From: Aquificaceae bacterium
Lineage (GTDB): Bacteria > Aquificota > Aquificia > Aquificales > Aquificaceae
Assembly (NCBI GenBank): GCA_039630345.1
Contig: JBCNVD010000025.1
Coordinates: 1-33,015, forward strand
Length of the DNA: 33,015 nucleotides
Reading direction: 5' to 3'
Below, piece after piece: positions 17,422 to 26,467 of the stretch; the first letter of the stretch is position 1; the number at the start of each line of letters is the position of its first letter. The notes beneath the pieces were generated by a model that was not told where the DNA came from, did no database searches, and saw only the letters and a list, made by a program, of their open reading frames with translations. The position numbers and the translations under genes were made by a program.

Positions 17422-19065
17422 TTACCCCCTATAGAGTTTGCTAATGTATTCTTTAACCATTCTATAGCCGTTAAAGTAAACCCCGACCGTTGCTATTGAG
17501 TTTTTCATCATCTGAGACCATTGCTCACGCTTTTGATAATACATAGGGACTATGATATATTCGAGTTTGCCATAAAGGTCTTTTAAGTCCTCGTTATCGT
17601 CTGAAAGACTCAAATCAGCCCACTTTGGCTTTGGTCCAATACCCCAGCCGTTAAAACCTTCTATTCCACCTTCGAGCCACCAGCCATCCCATGTAGAGAA
17701 GTTTAAAACCCCGTTAAGTGCCGCCTTCATACCGCTTGTTCCGCAAGCTTCAAGCGGGCGTCTTGGATTATTCAGCCATACATCACAGCCAGCGGTCAAA
17801 AGTGCAGACAGTTTTATGCTGTAATTTTCAAGAAACGCAATCCTTAGAGATTTTGTATGCTCTTTCAGGGATTTTCTAACGTTTATGATGTTTGATATTA
17901 TTTCCTTCCCGGGGTTATCTTTTGGATGGGCTTTGCCCGAAAAAAGAAGCTGAATCTCGCCAACCGATTGCGCTATGGCAAGCAGTCTTTCTAAATCTTT
18001 CAGTATAAGGTCGTTTCGCTTATAAGGTGTTACCCTCCTTGCCACACATATAGTCAGGTTATCGACGCTAAAACTTGCATCTGAGTTTTTGTTAACGAAG
18101 TTAACAAGCTCTTGCTTGATCTTGAAGTGATTTCTAAGGATTATCTCACTTGGTATGTTAATAGCACCTGATAGCAAAACCGGGTTTTCTTCCCATCCGG
18201 GGATATACTCAAAAAAGGCATCTCTCATAACAGGATGGACCCACCTTCGGTGATATACCCCGTTTGTTATGTATTCAAAGTCTTCACGCTCTGGAAACAT
18301 GTCTTTACAGACAAAAAAGTGCTTGTAAGAGACCGCACCTACGCGCCCTGAGTATTTAAGAGCAAAGTGAGTGAGGTTTAACTCGCCGCCCGTTGCCTCT
18401 TTATCCCAATCTATGTGCTTGAAAGTCTTTAGCTCTTCCTTAACCATTCGTACAGGAAATTTATCATGTCCCGCAGGTAAAGGCGTGTGAGTTAAAAAAA
18501 CACAGCGTTTTTTAACTTCCTGAATGTCTTTAAATTCCGAAAGAAGGTCTACTATCAGGAAAGCAGCATGGCTTTCGTTAAGATGATAGTATTTTATATC
18601 GTAACCTAGAGCTTTTAAGATTCTATAGCCCCCAATTCCAAGAAGTATTTCCTGCTTCAGTCTATAAGCTCCGTCTTCATAATAGAGTCTATAATTTAGC
18701 TTGCGAACATCGTCATCATTTGTCTCTATGTCAGCATCCAGAAAAAACACCTTCACAGATGGCTCTATTCTAAATTCCCAGGCAGTTACCTTTTGAAGTC
18801 TATCGCCAAAAGGAACATCCACATAAATATCTAGTGGTTTTAAATATCTCCTAAAATTCCAGGGGTCTTCAAAATCGAGTTGAATGCCTGTTGGAGTAAT
18901 ACCCTGCTGGACATAGCCTTTTTTATAGAGCAATGATACCCCTACTGCGCTTATTCCCAGATCAGCAAAAGAGTACATCGTGTCCCCTGCAAGGACCCCT
19001 AGCCCCCCGCTGTAGGTGGGCATACCCTCCTCCAGACCCATTTCCATGACGAAGTAGGCTATCAT
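17422..19065 (-). CDS. glgP: Alpha-glucan phosphorylase, short form
   Basis: YSGGLGVLAGD, HLNESH, THTP, ITNGV, ARRVTPYKR, GKAHP, EACGTSGMK (PLP lysine), DGWW. Confidence 0.95.
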   Translation of the reverse strand: MIAYFVMEMGLEEGMPTYSGGLGVLAGDTMYSFADLGISAVGVSLLYKKGYVQQGITPTGIQLDFEDPWNFRRYLKPLDIYVDVPFGDRLQKVTAWEFRIEPSVKVFFLDADIETNDDDVRKLNYRLYYEDGAYRLKQEILLGIGGYRILKALGYDIKYYHLNESHAAFLIVDLLSEFKDIQEVKKRCVFLTHTPLPAGHDKFPVRMVKEELKTFKHIDWDKEATGGELNLTHFALKYSGRVGAVSYKHFFVCKDMFPEREDFEYITNGVYHRRWVHPVMRDAFFEYIPGWEENPVLLSGAINIPSEIILRNHFKIKQELVNFVNKNSDASFSVDNLTICVARRVTPYKRNDLILKDLERLLAIAQSVGEIQLLFSGKAHPKDNPGKEIISNIINVRKSLKEHTKSLRIAFLENYSIKLSALLTAGCDVWLNNPRRPLEACGTSGMKAALNGVLNFSTWDGWWLEGGIEGFNGWGIGPKPKWADLSLSDDNEDLKDLYGKLEYIIVPMYYQKREQWSQMMKNSIATVGVYFNGYRMVKEYISKLYRG

Positions 19066-19074
19066 GATGGTTTT

Positions 19075-19093
19075 ATTTTAAATCAGCTATAAT
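19075..19093. promoter_or_regulatory. Back-to-back -10 elements for glgP and ilvE
   Basis: TATAAT at 19088-19093, 8 nt before ilvE ATG; TAAAAT on the minus strand (19080-19075), 9 nt before glgP ATG; no SD. Confidence 0.55.
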
Positions 19094-19101
19094 AAGCACG
19101 C

Positions 19102-20019
19102 ATGGAGTATGCGTTCTTTGAGGGCAAATTTGTCCCCATTGATGAGGCTAAAATAAGCATCAAAACAAACTCTTTCCATTATGGCACTGCGGTATTTGAA
19201 GGTATAAGAGCATACTGGAATCAGGAAACACATCAGCTCTACATACTTTTTGCAATTGAGCATTATGAACGCCTTTATAAAAACAGCAAAGCGATGTTTT
19301 TAAAGCCCTCTTACACACCTTCAGAGCTGGTTAATATCACTATTGAATTGCTTCGCAAAAATGAAATTCGCGAAGATGTATATATTCGCCCCATAGTTTA
19401 CTTCAAAGACCTTAAACTAACGCCAAAGCTACTCGATTACACGCCAGAGATTGCAATTTATACCTATAGCTTTGGCAGATACCTAGACACTTCCTCAGGA
19501 GTAAGGGCAAAGGTCTCTTCGTGGCTAAGAAACGACGATAACTCAATCCCTTCAAGGTGGAAAGTGGCAGGAGCTTATGTAAATAGCGCTCTTGCAAAGA
19601 CAGAGGCTTTGCTCTCTGGCTATGATGAGGCAATATTGCTAAACCAAAACGGCTATGTATCTGAAGGCTCAGGGGAAAACATCTTTATAGTAAGGGGTAA
19701 AACCGTCATAACTCCCTCATACTCTGAGCATATCCTGGAGGGTATAACCAGAAGGGCTGTAATAAAGCTTTTGCAAAAAGAGCTCGCACTCGAGGTTCAG
19801 GAGCGCCCAATAGCAAGGAGCGAGCTCTTTAACGCAGATGAAGTTTTTCTAACAGGCACTGCGGCAGAGATAACCCCGGTAATAGAGATAGATAACCGTC
19901 CGGTAGGGGATGGAAAGATAGGTCAAATAACCAAAGAGCTCCAAGAGCTCTACTTTAAAGCAGTCAGGGGAAAGATAGAAAGATACAAAAGCTGGCTTAC
20001 ACCGGTTTATGAAAGTTAA
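19102..20019 (+). CDS. ilvE: Branched-chain amino acid aminotransferase
   Basis: HYGTAVFEGIRAY, YIRP, KVAGAYVNS (PLP Lys), EGSGENIF, LEGITR, FLTGTAAEITP. Confidence 0.97.
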   Translation: MEYAFFEGKFVPIDEAKISIKTNSFHYGTAVFEGIRAYWNQETHQLYILFAIEHYERLYKNSKAMFLKPSYTPSELVNITIELLRKNEIREDVYIRPIVYFKDLKLTPKLLDYTPEIAIYTYSFGRYLDTSSGVRAKVSSWLRNDDNSIPSRWKVAGAYVNSALAKTEALLSGYDEAILLNQNGYVSEGSGENIFIVRGKTVITPSYSEHILEGITRRAVIKLLQKELALEVQERPIARSELFNADEVFLTGTAAEITPVIEIDNRPVGDGKIGQITKELQELYFKAVRGKIERYKSWLTPVYES

Positions 20020-21070
20020 AAGGAGAAGGTTTTTCGAAGAATTTGCATTCGAGATACTATCGCTTTATAGAATACCAGGATCCATAGAAAGTTTAATTCT
20101 AAAGCAGAAACTAAAGACTTTTTTTGATTTTGCCCGAATAAACACGCTATGGGAAGAATTTATAGCCGAAGCGGGACATGAGAAAATGGCAGTTTTAAAA
20201 ACTCAATCAGGGGAGTTCCAGCTATTGCCACTTTCCAAAAGCCCGCCATGCGAGGTAGAGGGCTGGTTAAAAAAAGACTTCATAAAAGAAGACATCGCTC
20301 TTATCTATCCATGGGCTATTCCTGAAATAACTCCGGATTTAAAAGCAGTTATTTTATGTGGACCTTTTAGAAATACCTATAAGAGCCTTAATCTAATTTC
20401 AGAAGTGCCTGCTTTTAATTTGCCCTTAAGTTTATGTGAGAAAATCGAAGGTGAGTTTGGAAAGATCGTATATAAACCAGAGCGAAAAAGGGTAAAGTGC
20501 TCAAATATTTTTGTAGAGTTTGGAAAAGGTCCTTACACCACAGTGATTGCGAGAATTGATGCCTTGTATGGCAGTTTTTGCGCGTCTTTTAGCGGATTTT
20601 CCATGCTTATGTGGCTATATCTGGTGGATACTTTAAGCAAAGATTATAAAGGGCCAAGAAGGCTTAGATTTGTTTTGCTTGATTGTCAAAGTGATAACCT
20701 CGCAGGGGCTAACTTCCACGTTAGAAACTTGCCAAAACATACCATTGATTGCATCAACCTTCAGGGGATGTCCTTTGGTTTGCCTAAAATTGTATACAGA
20801 GACGGAGCAGGATTTAATTCAAGATCCATGATAGATGCATTTGAGTCTCACTCGAGAGACTTTGGCATAGAGCCAGAGCTGATTGCATTGCCTAATGAGC
20901 TCCCTGATCACGCGCCCTTTAAAAAGCAAGGGGTTCAGACCCTTTGGCTAAATTCCGCGCTTTCAATTAGCGCAGCAGGATACGACCTTTTTGACTCTAT
21001 AATCTGGGAAAACTTCTGGACCAACGCAGAGCTCTTATTATCTTTTTTAAGGAGGATACATAGATTCTGA
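20009..21070 (+). CDS. M28 peptidase-fold protein, apparently catalytically degenerate
   Basis: Ordered remnants of M28 motifs: RIPGS, NIFVEF, IARIDA, RRLRFVLL, LAGA, CINLQ, PDHAPFKKQGVQTL. Confidence 0.6.
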   Translation: MKVKRRRFFEEFAFEILSLYRIPGSIESLILKQKLKTFFDFARINTLWEEFIAEAGHEKMAVLKTQSGEFQLLPLSKSPPCEVEGWLKKDFIKEDIALIYPWAIPEITPDLKAVILCGPFRNTYKSLNLISEVPAFNLPLSLCEKIEGEFGKIVYKPERKRVKCSNIFVEFGKGPYTTVIARIDALYGSFCASFSGFSMLMWLYLVDTLSKDYKGPRRLRFVLLDCQSDNLAGANFHVRNLPKHTIDCINLQGMSFGLPKIVYRDGAGFNSRSMIDAFESHSRDFGIEPELIALPNELPDHAPFKKQGVQTLWLNSALSISAAGYDLFDSIIWENFWTNAELLLSFLRRIHRF

Positions 21071-21660
21071 GGCTGGTAGTTTTCCTACTTGGCTTTTGCC
21101 TTGCATCGGATTTAAATGAGGTCCAGAAGCTGCTTGATTCCACAAGCAGTATAAGGGTGGAATTTAATCAAAGAGTTTCCTATCCCTGGCAGGCAAAACC
21201 AGACAGCTCCAAAGGGACGTTCTTTGCAACTAAAGATGGAAGGTTCAGAATCCAGTACGAGCAACCCAGCAAAATCAACATAATAAGCGACGGCCAGAGA
21301 CTTATGGTTTATTACATTTCTGAAAATGCATATAACATAGAGAAACTAGAGCCCTCAAGAGGAGGGCTATTTTATGCATTGACATTTTTTTCAAAACCTT
21401 TAAAGGATTTATTCGAGCAAGTGGGCGAGATAGAAAATTCAGGCATCACGACCATAGTTTTAAAACCAAAAGAGAAAGACCCTATAGTATCAAGAGTCCT
21501 TATAGAAATACAAAGTGGCGAAATAAGAGGTTTAAAAATAGAAGAGAGGAGCGGGATAACCACCACAGTTGAGTTCATTGCAATTAAGAGAAACTTCAGA
21601 CCTTCAGAAGAGCTATTTAAAATAGCTGTGCCAGAGGGCGCAAAGCCAATTTTGAGATGA
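21064..21660 (+). CDS. lolA: Outer-membrane lipoprotein carrier LolA family (non-canonical start ATT 21064 or CTG 21067)
   Basis: VEFNQ, SKGTF, GRFRIQYEQP, IISDGQRL, LKPK, FRPSEELFKIAVPEGA. Frame is open upstream of 21157 to TAG 21061, encoding a signal-like (I)LRLVVFLLGFCLA; AAGGAGG at 21049-21055. Confidence 0.8.
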   Translation: MLRLVVFLLGFCLASDLNEVQKLLDSTSSIRVEFNQRVSYPWQAKPDSSKGTFFATKDGRFRIQYEQPSKINIISDGQRLMVYYISENAYNIEKLEPSRGGLFYALTFFSKPLKDLFEQVGEIENSGITTIVLKPKEKDPIVSRVLIEIQSGEIRGLKIEERSGITTTVEFIAIKRNFRPSEELFKIAVPEGAKPILR

Positions 21661-22160
21661 TAATTAAAAACTTAGACAAAAACCACATACAAGAGATGGT
21701 AGAGATATATCTAAATGCTTACGAGGGTCTTGAAGAATACTCTTATAACCATCCTGTGGATGTAGAAGATTACATAAACTGGTTATTCCAAAGAGATAGT
21801 CAAGGGATAATAGGGGCTTTTAAACAGTCTCAATTGTGCGGGTTTATATGCATTGACAGATACTGGTATAGCAAAAGAGAAGGCAAAACAGTAGGGGCAA
21901 TTCATGAGCTTGTTGTTGAGAAATCACATCGTAGAAAAGGTATTGCTACCAACCTTTTAAAAAAAGCTTTTGAAATCTTTAAAGAGTCAGGCATTGATCT
22001 GTTAGAGCTCTGGGCAGGAGTAAACAACATTCCAGCACTTAGCTTCTATGAAAAAATGGGATTTATCCCAAAAGAGCGATACAGTAAGTGGGTAAGGATG
22101 GTATTTTACCTACCTCAGGGGCAGATAGAGGGGGAGCTTTTGAAAAATACCGCCCCGTAA
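21657..22160 (+). CDS. GNAT-family N-acetyltransferase
   Basis: IHELVVEKSHRRKGIATNLL (motif A), NIPALSFYEKMGF (motif B). Confidence 0.92.
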   Translation: MIIKNLDKNHIQEMVEIYLNAYEGLEEYSYNHPVDVEDYINWLFQRDSQGIIGAFKQSQLCGFICIDRYWYSKREGKTVGAIHELVVEKSHRRKGIATNLLKKAFEIFKESGIDLLELWAGVNNIPALSFYEKMGFIPKERYSKWVRMVFYLPQGQIEGELLKNTAP

Positions 22161-22172
22161 GGGGCGGGTTTT
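22143..22172. terminator. Probable bidirectional intrinsic terminator
   Basis: CCGCCCC-GTAA-GGGGCGG hairpin (22150-22167) with GNRA loop, flanked by AAAAATA and GTTTT, between convergent genes. Confidence 0.8.
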
Positions 22173-23373
22173 AGATTTCTATATCAAACTGGCGCAGTTT
22201 TCTATAGAGGTTAGAGAGGTCTATACCCAGAGATTCCGCGGTTTTGCGAAGGTCAAAGCCGTTTTCTTCCAGTCTTTTGAGGATAAAGCGCCTTTCAAAC
22301 TCTTGCTTGGCGGTTTTTAAATCCGTATTTGGGTCAGATATATCTGAGGATTTTTTAAATCCAAGGATGCTAAGAAGGTCTGTGTCAGTTATTGTGTTGC
22401 CTTCATGAAGGATGGCAATGCTTTCCATGGCGTTTTTGAGCTCTCTGAAGTTGCCTCTCCATTCAAGGTTTAGCAAAAGTTCTCTGGCTTTTGGAGACAG
22501 GGTTTTAGGAGGCTTTTTAAGACGCTTGAGAGCATCCATTAAGAAGTTGTTTGCTATAAGGGGCAAGTCCTCCTTTAGCTCTTTCAAAGATGGGAGTTTT
22601 AAAAATACCTGGGAGAGACGAAAGCGAAGGTCGTCTCTTAAAGTTTGCTCCGGGTCTTTGATTGTGCTTGAAATTATTCTAAAATCCGGGTTTTCAAAAG
22701 TGTCTAAAAGAGCTCTTAGCTTTGCCTGAAGGTGATCGCTAAGATCTGAGACTTCATCAAGATAAACTGTTCCGCCTTTTGCTCTTTCAAAGATGGTTTT
22801 GTCTATGTCTTTAAGTGCACAGCAGGGGACTTTCACAAATTCGCCGGTTTTTTGAGATAAATCGTGAATGGTTTTTGCCACGAGGTCTTTGCCAGTTCCG
22901 CTCTCTCCATAAAGGAGAATGTTTAAATTTGCGCTTGAGAGCTTTATAATGCTTCGTTTAAGCTCTAAAATTTGACTGCAGCTTCCATAAATTGGCTCTT
23001 TTTCGCATAAAGATATATAGTCAATTGCTTCTTTGACGCTTTTTAATAACTTATGCAGAGAAAATGGCTTTTCGAGAAAGTCAAAAGCGCCAAGCTTGAT
23101 TGCCTGAACCGCGCTTTCGGTCCTGCCATGACCTGTTATTACAATAACCGGAGCTCCTCTAAAGGCATTTAGAATATCAGAAAGCGAGTCAAAAGCGTTG
23201 CCGTCTTTTAGCCACAAATCCAGTAAAACGCAGTCAAAATCCCAGTCGCTAGCTTTTTGAAAAAGACCCTTGAGGCTATCGACCGTCTGAACCATGTAGC
23301 CTTCTTCCTGAAGGATGTTTTTGAGAGTTTCTCTAATGCTTCGTTCGTCTTCTACCACCAGTATCCTTGTCAT
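22171..23373 (-). CDS. NtrC/NtrX-like response regulator (REC-AAA+-Fis HTH) lacking the GAFTGA loop
   Basis: ILVVEDE, LLDLWL, ITGHG, FLEKP; Walker A GESGTGKD; Walker B YLDEV; WRGNFRELKN; HTH TAESLGIDLSNLYRKL. Confidence 0.9.
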   Translation of the reverse strand: MTRILVVEDERSIRETLKNILQEEGYMVQTVDSLKGLFQKASDWDFDCVLLDLWLKDGNAFDSLSDILNAFRGAPVIVITGHGRTESAVQAIKLGAFDFLEKPFSLHKLLKSVKEAIDYISLCEKEPIYGSCSQILELKRSIIKLSSANLNILLYGESGTGKDLVAKTIHDLSQKTGEFVKVPCCALKDIDKTIFERAKGGTVYLDEVSDLSDHLQAKLRALLDTFENPDFRIISSTIKDPEQTLRDDLRFRLSQVFLKLPSLKELKEDLPLIANNFLMDALKRLKKPPKTLSPKARELLLNLEWRGNFRELKNAMESIAILHEGNTITDTDLLSILGFKKSSDISDPNTDLKTAKQEFERRFILKRLEENGFDLRKTAESLGIDLSNLYRKLRQFDIEI

Positions 23374-23374
23374 A

Positions 23375-25405
23375 TTAGCCCATAAGCCTTAGAGATTGTT
23401 TAACGCCCTGAAGCTGATTGAGAGCTTCAAGAATCCTTTTAAAGCTCTGGTAGTTATCCACCTGAATGGTAAAGTCCATTATAGCCTCTCCGGAGCTAAG
23501 ACTGTTGGTTGAAGCTTTGGTTATGTTTGCTCCAAAGGAGGAGATGGTTTTTGTTACTTCAGATAAGAGCCCGACCCTGTCGAAGGCTATTACCCTGAGT
23601 TTCACAGGATGCAAACCCTTTGAAAAACGCCAGCTTAGCTTAAGGACCTTTTCGGGGGATACTTTCATAATGTGCTTTAAATTAGGGCATTTAGAGGAAT
23701 GAACGCTGAGTCCTCTCCCTTTTGTAATTACGCCAAAGACCTCTTCGCCCGGGAGTGGATTACAGCAATCCGCAAGAGTATGCATAATCTCAAGTCCGTC
23801 AAGCGATAGACTCTCAGTCCAGTCTGATTGAGGCTTTTGAGTTTTTGGGCCTTTTAGGAGACTTTTTATCTTCTCAAAACCAAGGCGGGAGAGTATCAAA
23901 ATAAGCTGGTCTTTTTTTATGGAAAGTGCATTTATTAGTTCCTTTTCCAGCTCTTCAGGTGTATATCCAAGGCGAGATGCATAAACATAGAGGTCTTGTT
24001 TATAAAGAAGCTCTCTTTCCTGGCGCTCTTTTTGTCTTATAAAGGCTTTTATTTTAGAGATTGCACGGGAAGTTTTTACAAACTCAAGCCATTGCAAACT
24101 CGGAGACCTGTTTGGTTTTGTCATTATTTCAACTACATCGCCATTTTGAAGTTTATAATCAAGTGGCACTAGTTTGCCGTTTACTTTTGCACCTGCGCAG
24201 GTATGACCCACCTCTGTATGGATTGCATAGGCAAAATCGACCGGGGTTGAACCAGAGGGCAAAACCAGCAAATCGCCCTTTGGGGTAAAAACAAACACCT
24301 CATCGCTAAAGAGTTCAAGGCGCAAGTTCTCAAGGAGCTCTGAAGAGTTTTCGTTTCCCTGAATACTCTCGACCAACCTCGAGAGCCAGGAATAGACATT
24401 TTGTTGACTGGTTGATTCTTTATAAGCCCAGTGGGCAGCAACACCTCTTGTGGCTATTTCATGCATCTCAAAGGTGCGAATCTGAAACTCCACCATCCTG
24501 CCACCGGGACCAAAAACAGTGGTATGAAGTGATTGATAGAGATTTGGCTTTGGCAAGGATATATAATCATCGAACCTTCCCGGAACTGGCTTAAAAAGCC
24601 CATGAACAATTCCAAGAGCCATATAGCAATCGCTTACTTTTGGAACTATTATCCTAACACCAAGAATGTCGTGAACTTCTTCCAGGGGTATACCCTTTTT
24701 AATAGTCTTTTGCCATATGCTATATAGATGCTTTGAACGATAGAAAACCTTTGCATCCAAGTTGTTTTCTTTTAAAGATTTGTGTAAAGATGGTAAAAGG
24801 TGTTTTTTTAGATATTCTCTTAGCTCTCTATGAGCTTTTGCAGCAAAAGCTCTTACTTTTTTATATTCTTCTGGGTAGAGGTATTTAAAAGATAAATCCT
24901 CGAGCTCATTCTTGATAGTTGACAAACCAAGGCGATTGGCTATGGGAGCGTAAATATCCAGAGTTTCTCTGGCTATTCTTATTCGCTTTTCATGGGGTAA
25001 AAACTCAAGTGTTCGCATGTTATGGAGTCTATCCGCGAGTTTTACAAAGATGACCCTGATGTCCTCTAAAGATGCCAAGATAAATCTTCTGTAGTTTTCA
25101 ACCTGATAAGAGCGAATGTCTTTGCCATCAAGTTTTGTCAGCTTGGTAACGCCAAGGACGATTTTTGCGACATTGCTACCAAATAAAGACTCAAGCTCCT
25201 CAAAAGTTGTCTTGGTATCTTCTAAAGTATCATGCAAAAGCCCTGCGGCTAAAGTTTCCTCGTCAAGATTCAGGGACTTTAAGATTCTATAAACTTCAAA
25301 CAGGTGCTTGACATAAGGCTCTCCAGAAGCACGAAGCTGACCAAAGTGGCGCTTATTTATAAACTCGCTTGCTCTTTCTATTAGACTTTCTCCAATCTTT
25401 GGCAT
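23375..25405 (-). CDS. spoT: Bifunctional (p)ppGpp synthetase/hydrolase, long RSH
   Basis: RASGEPY, LLHDTLEDT (intact HD), KLADRLHNMRTL, YQSLHT, EFQIRT, TGS (FTPKGD, DFAYAIHT), CCNPLPGE, C-terminal ACT DRVGLL. Confidence 0.96.
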   Translation of the reverse strand: MPKIGESLIERASEFINKRHFGQLRASGEPYVKHLFEVYRILKSLNLDEETLAAGLLHDTLEDTKTTFEELESLFGSNVAKIVLGVTKLTKLDGKDIRSYQVENYRRFILASLEDIRVIFVKLADRLHNMRTLEFLPHEKRIRIARETLDIYAPIANRLGLSTIKNELEDLSFKYLYPEEYKKVRAFAAKAHRELREYLKKHLLPSLHKSLKENNLDAKVFYRSKHLYSIWQKTIKKGIPLEEVHDILGVRIIVPKVSDCYMALGIVHGLFKPVPGRFDDYISLPKPNLYQSLHTTVFGPGGRMVEFQIRTFEMHEIATRGVAAHWAYKESTSQQNVYSWLSRLVESIQGNENSSELLENLRLELFSDEVFVFTPKGDLLVLPSGSTPVDFAYAIHTEVGHTCAGAKVNGKLVPLDYKLQNGDVVEIMTKPNRSPSLQWLEFVKTSRAISKIKAFIRQKERQERELLYKQDLYVYASRLGYTPEELEKELINALSIKKDQLILILSRLGFEKIKSLLKGPKTQKPQSDWTESLSLDGLEIMHTLADCCNPLPGEEVFGVITKGRGLSVHSSKCPNLKHIMKVSPEKVLKLSWRFSKGLHPVKLRVIAFDRVGLLSEVTKTISSFGANITKASTNSLSSGEAIMDFTIQVDNYQSFKRILEALNQLQGVKQSLRLMG

Positions 25406-25407
25406 CC

Positions 25408-25419
25408 AATTATAATTTA
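25408..25419. promoter_or_regulatory. Palindromic AATTATAATT; candidate bidirectional promoter for spoT and mreB
   Basis: 24-bp gap; TATAAT at 25411-25416 on plus (13 nt before mreB ATG); TATAAT and TAAATT on minus, the latter 8 nt before the spoT ATG. Confidence 0.5.
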
Positions 25420-25429
25420 GGTTTACAAA

Positions 25430-26467
25430 ATGCTTGGGAAGCTGACGGAATTAATAGGCCTGGGAACAGGCAACATAGGCATAGACTTAGGAACTGCCAA
25501 TACCGTGGTTTATTCTGAATACAAAGGGATAGTGCTCTATGAGCCTTCAATAGTTGCCATAGATACCCCAACTGGCAAGATTCTCGCAGTCGGCAAGCAG
25601 GCAAAAGAAATGCTGGGAAAAACCCCTGAGAACATAAGAACAGTAAGACCGCTTAGAGACGGAGTTATAACAGACTTTGAGGCAACAAAGGTTATGCTCT
25701 CATATTACATTACAAAGTCAATATCTGGAGGTTTATTCAAACCAAAGCCAAGAGTGGTTATAGGAGTTCCTTCTGGTGTGACGCAGGTTGAAAAGAGAGC
25801 TGTCATAGACGCAGCCAGGAGTGCAGGCGCTAGGGAGGTTTATTTAATATCAGAGCCTATGGCAGCGGCTATTGGGGCTGAGTTGCCAGTTGAAGAGCCA
25901 GTAGGAAACATGATAGTGGATATTGGAGGAGGCACGACGGAGATTGCCGTTATATCGCTTGCTGGCATAGTCGTTTCCAGCTCTCTTAGAATAGCAGGCG
26001 ATGAAATGACAGAGGCGGTTGCACAGTTTATAAAGAGAAAGTACAATCTGCTTATAGGAGAGCAAACAGCAGAACGTACAAAGATTGAGCTTGGTAATGC
26101 GTTTTTGGAAGAAGATGGTTATCAAAAAGAGATTGAGATAAAGGGAAGAGATGTTACAGGGCTTCCCAAAACCATCAAAATTACCAGCGGCGAAATCTCT
26201 AAGGCTCTTGAAGATGTCGTTTCTGCAATAGTAAATGCAATAAAGACAACCCTTGAACGCACTCCCCCGGAGCTCGCTTCCGACATCGCAGAAAGAGGTA
26301 TAGTTTTGGCAGGTGGAGGCTCTCTTTTGAAGAATTTAGACAAAAGAATAGAAAAAGAAACAGGTATTAAAACCTTTTGCTGTGAAGATCCTATAACTGC
26401 AGTTGCAAGGGGTGTTGGTAAAGTCCTTGATAATATAAAAGTGATAAGAAAAGTCGCCATGCTATGA
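25430..26467 (+). CDS. mreB: Rod shape-determining protein MreB
   Basis: IDLGTANT, RPLRDGVI, EPMAAAIGA, VDIGGGTTE, TPPELASDI, LAGGGSLL. Confidence 0.98.
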   Translation: MLGKLTELIGLGTGNIGIDLGTANTVVYSEYKGIVLYEPSIVAIDTPTGKILAVGKQAKEMLGKTPENIRTVRPLRDGVITDFEATKVMLSYYITKSISGGLFKPKPRVVIGVPSGVTQVEKRAVIDAARSAGAREVYLISEPMAAAIGAELPVEEPVGNMIVDIGGGTTEIAVISLAGIVVSSSLRIAGDEMTEAVAQFIKRKYNLLIGEQTAERTKIELGNAFLEEDGYQKEIEIKGRDVTGLPKTIKITSGEISKALEDVVSAIVNAIKTTLERTPPELASDIAERGIVLAGGGSLLKNLDKRIEKETGIKTFCCEDPITAVARGVGKVLDNIKVIRKVAML

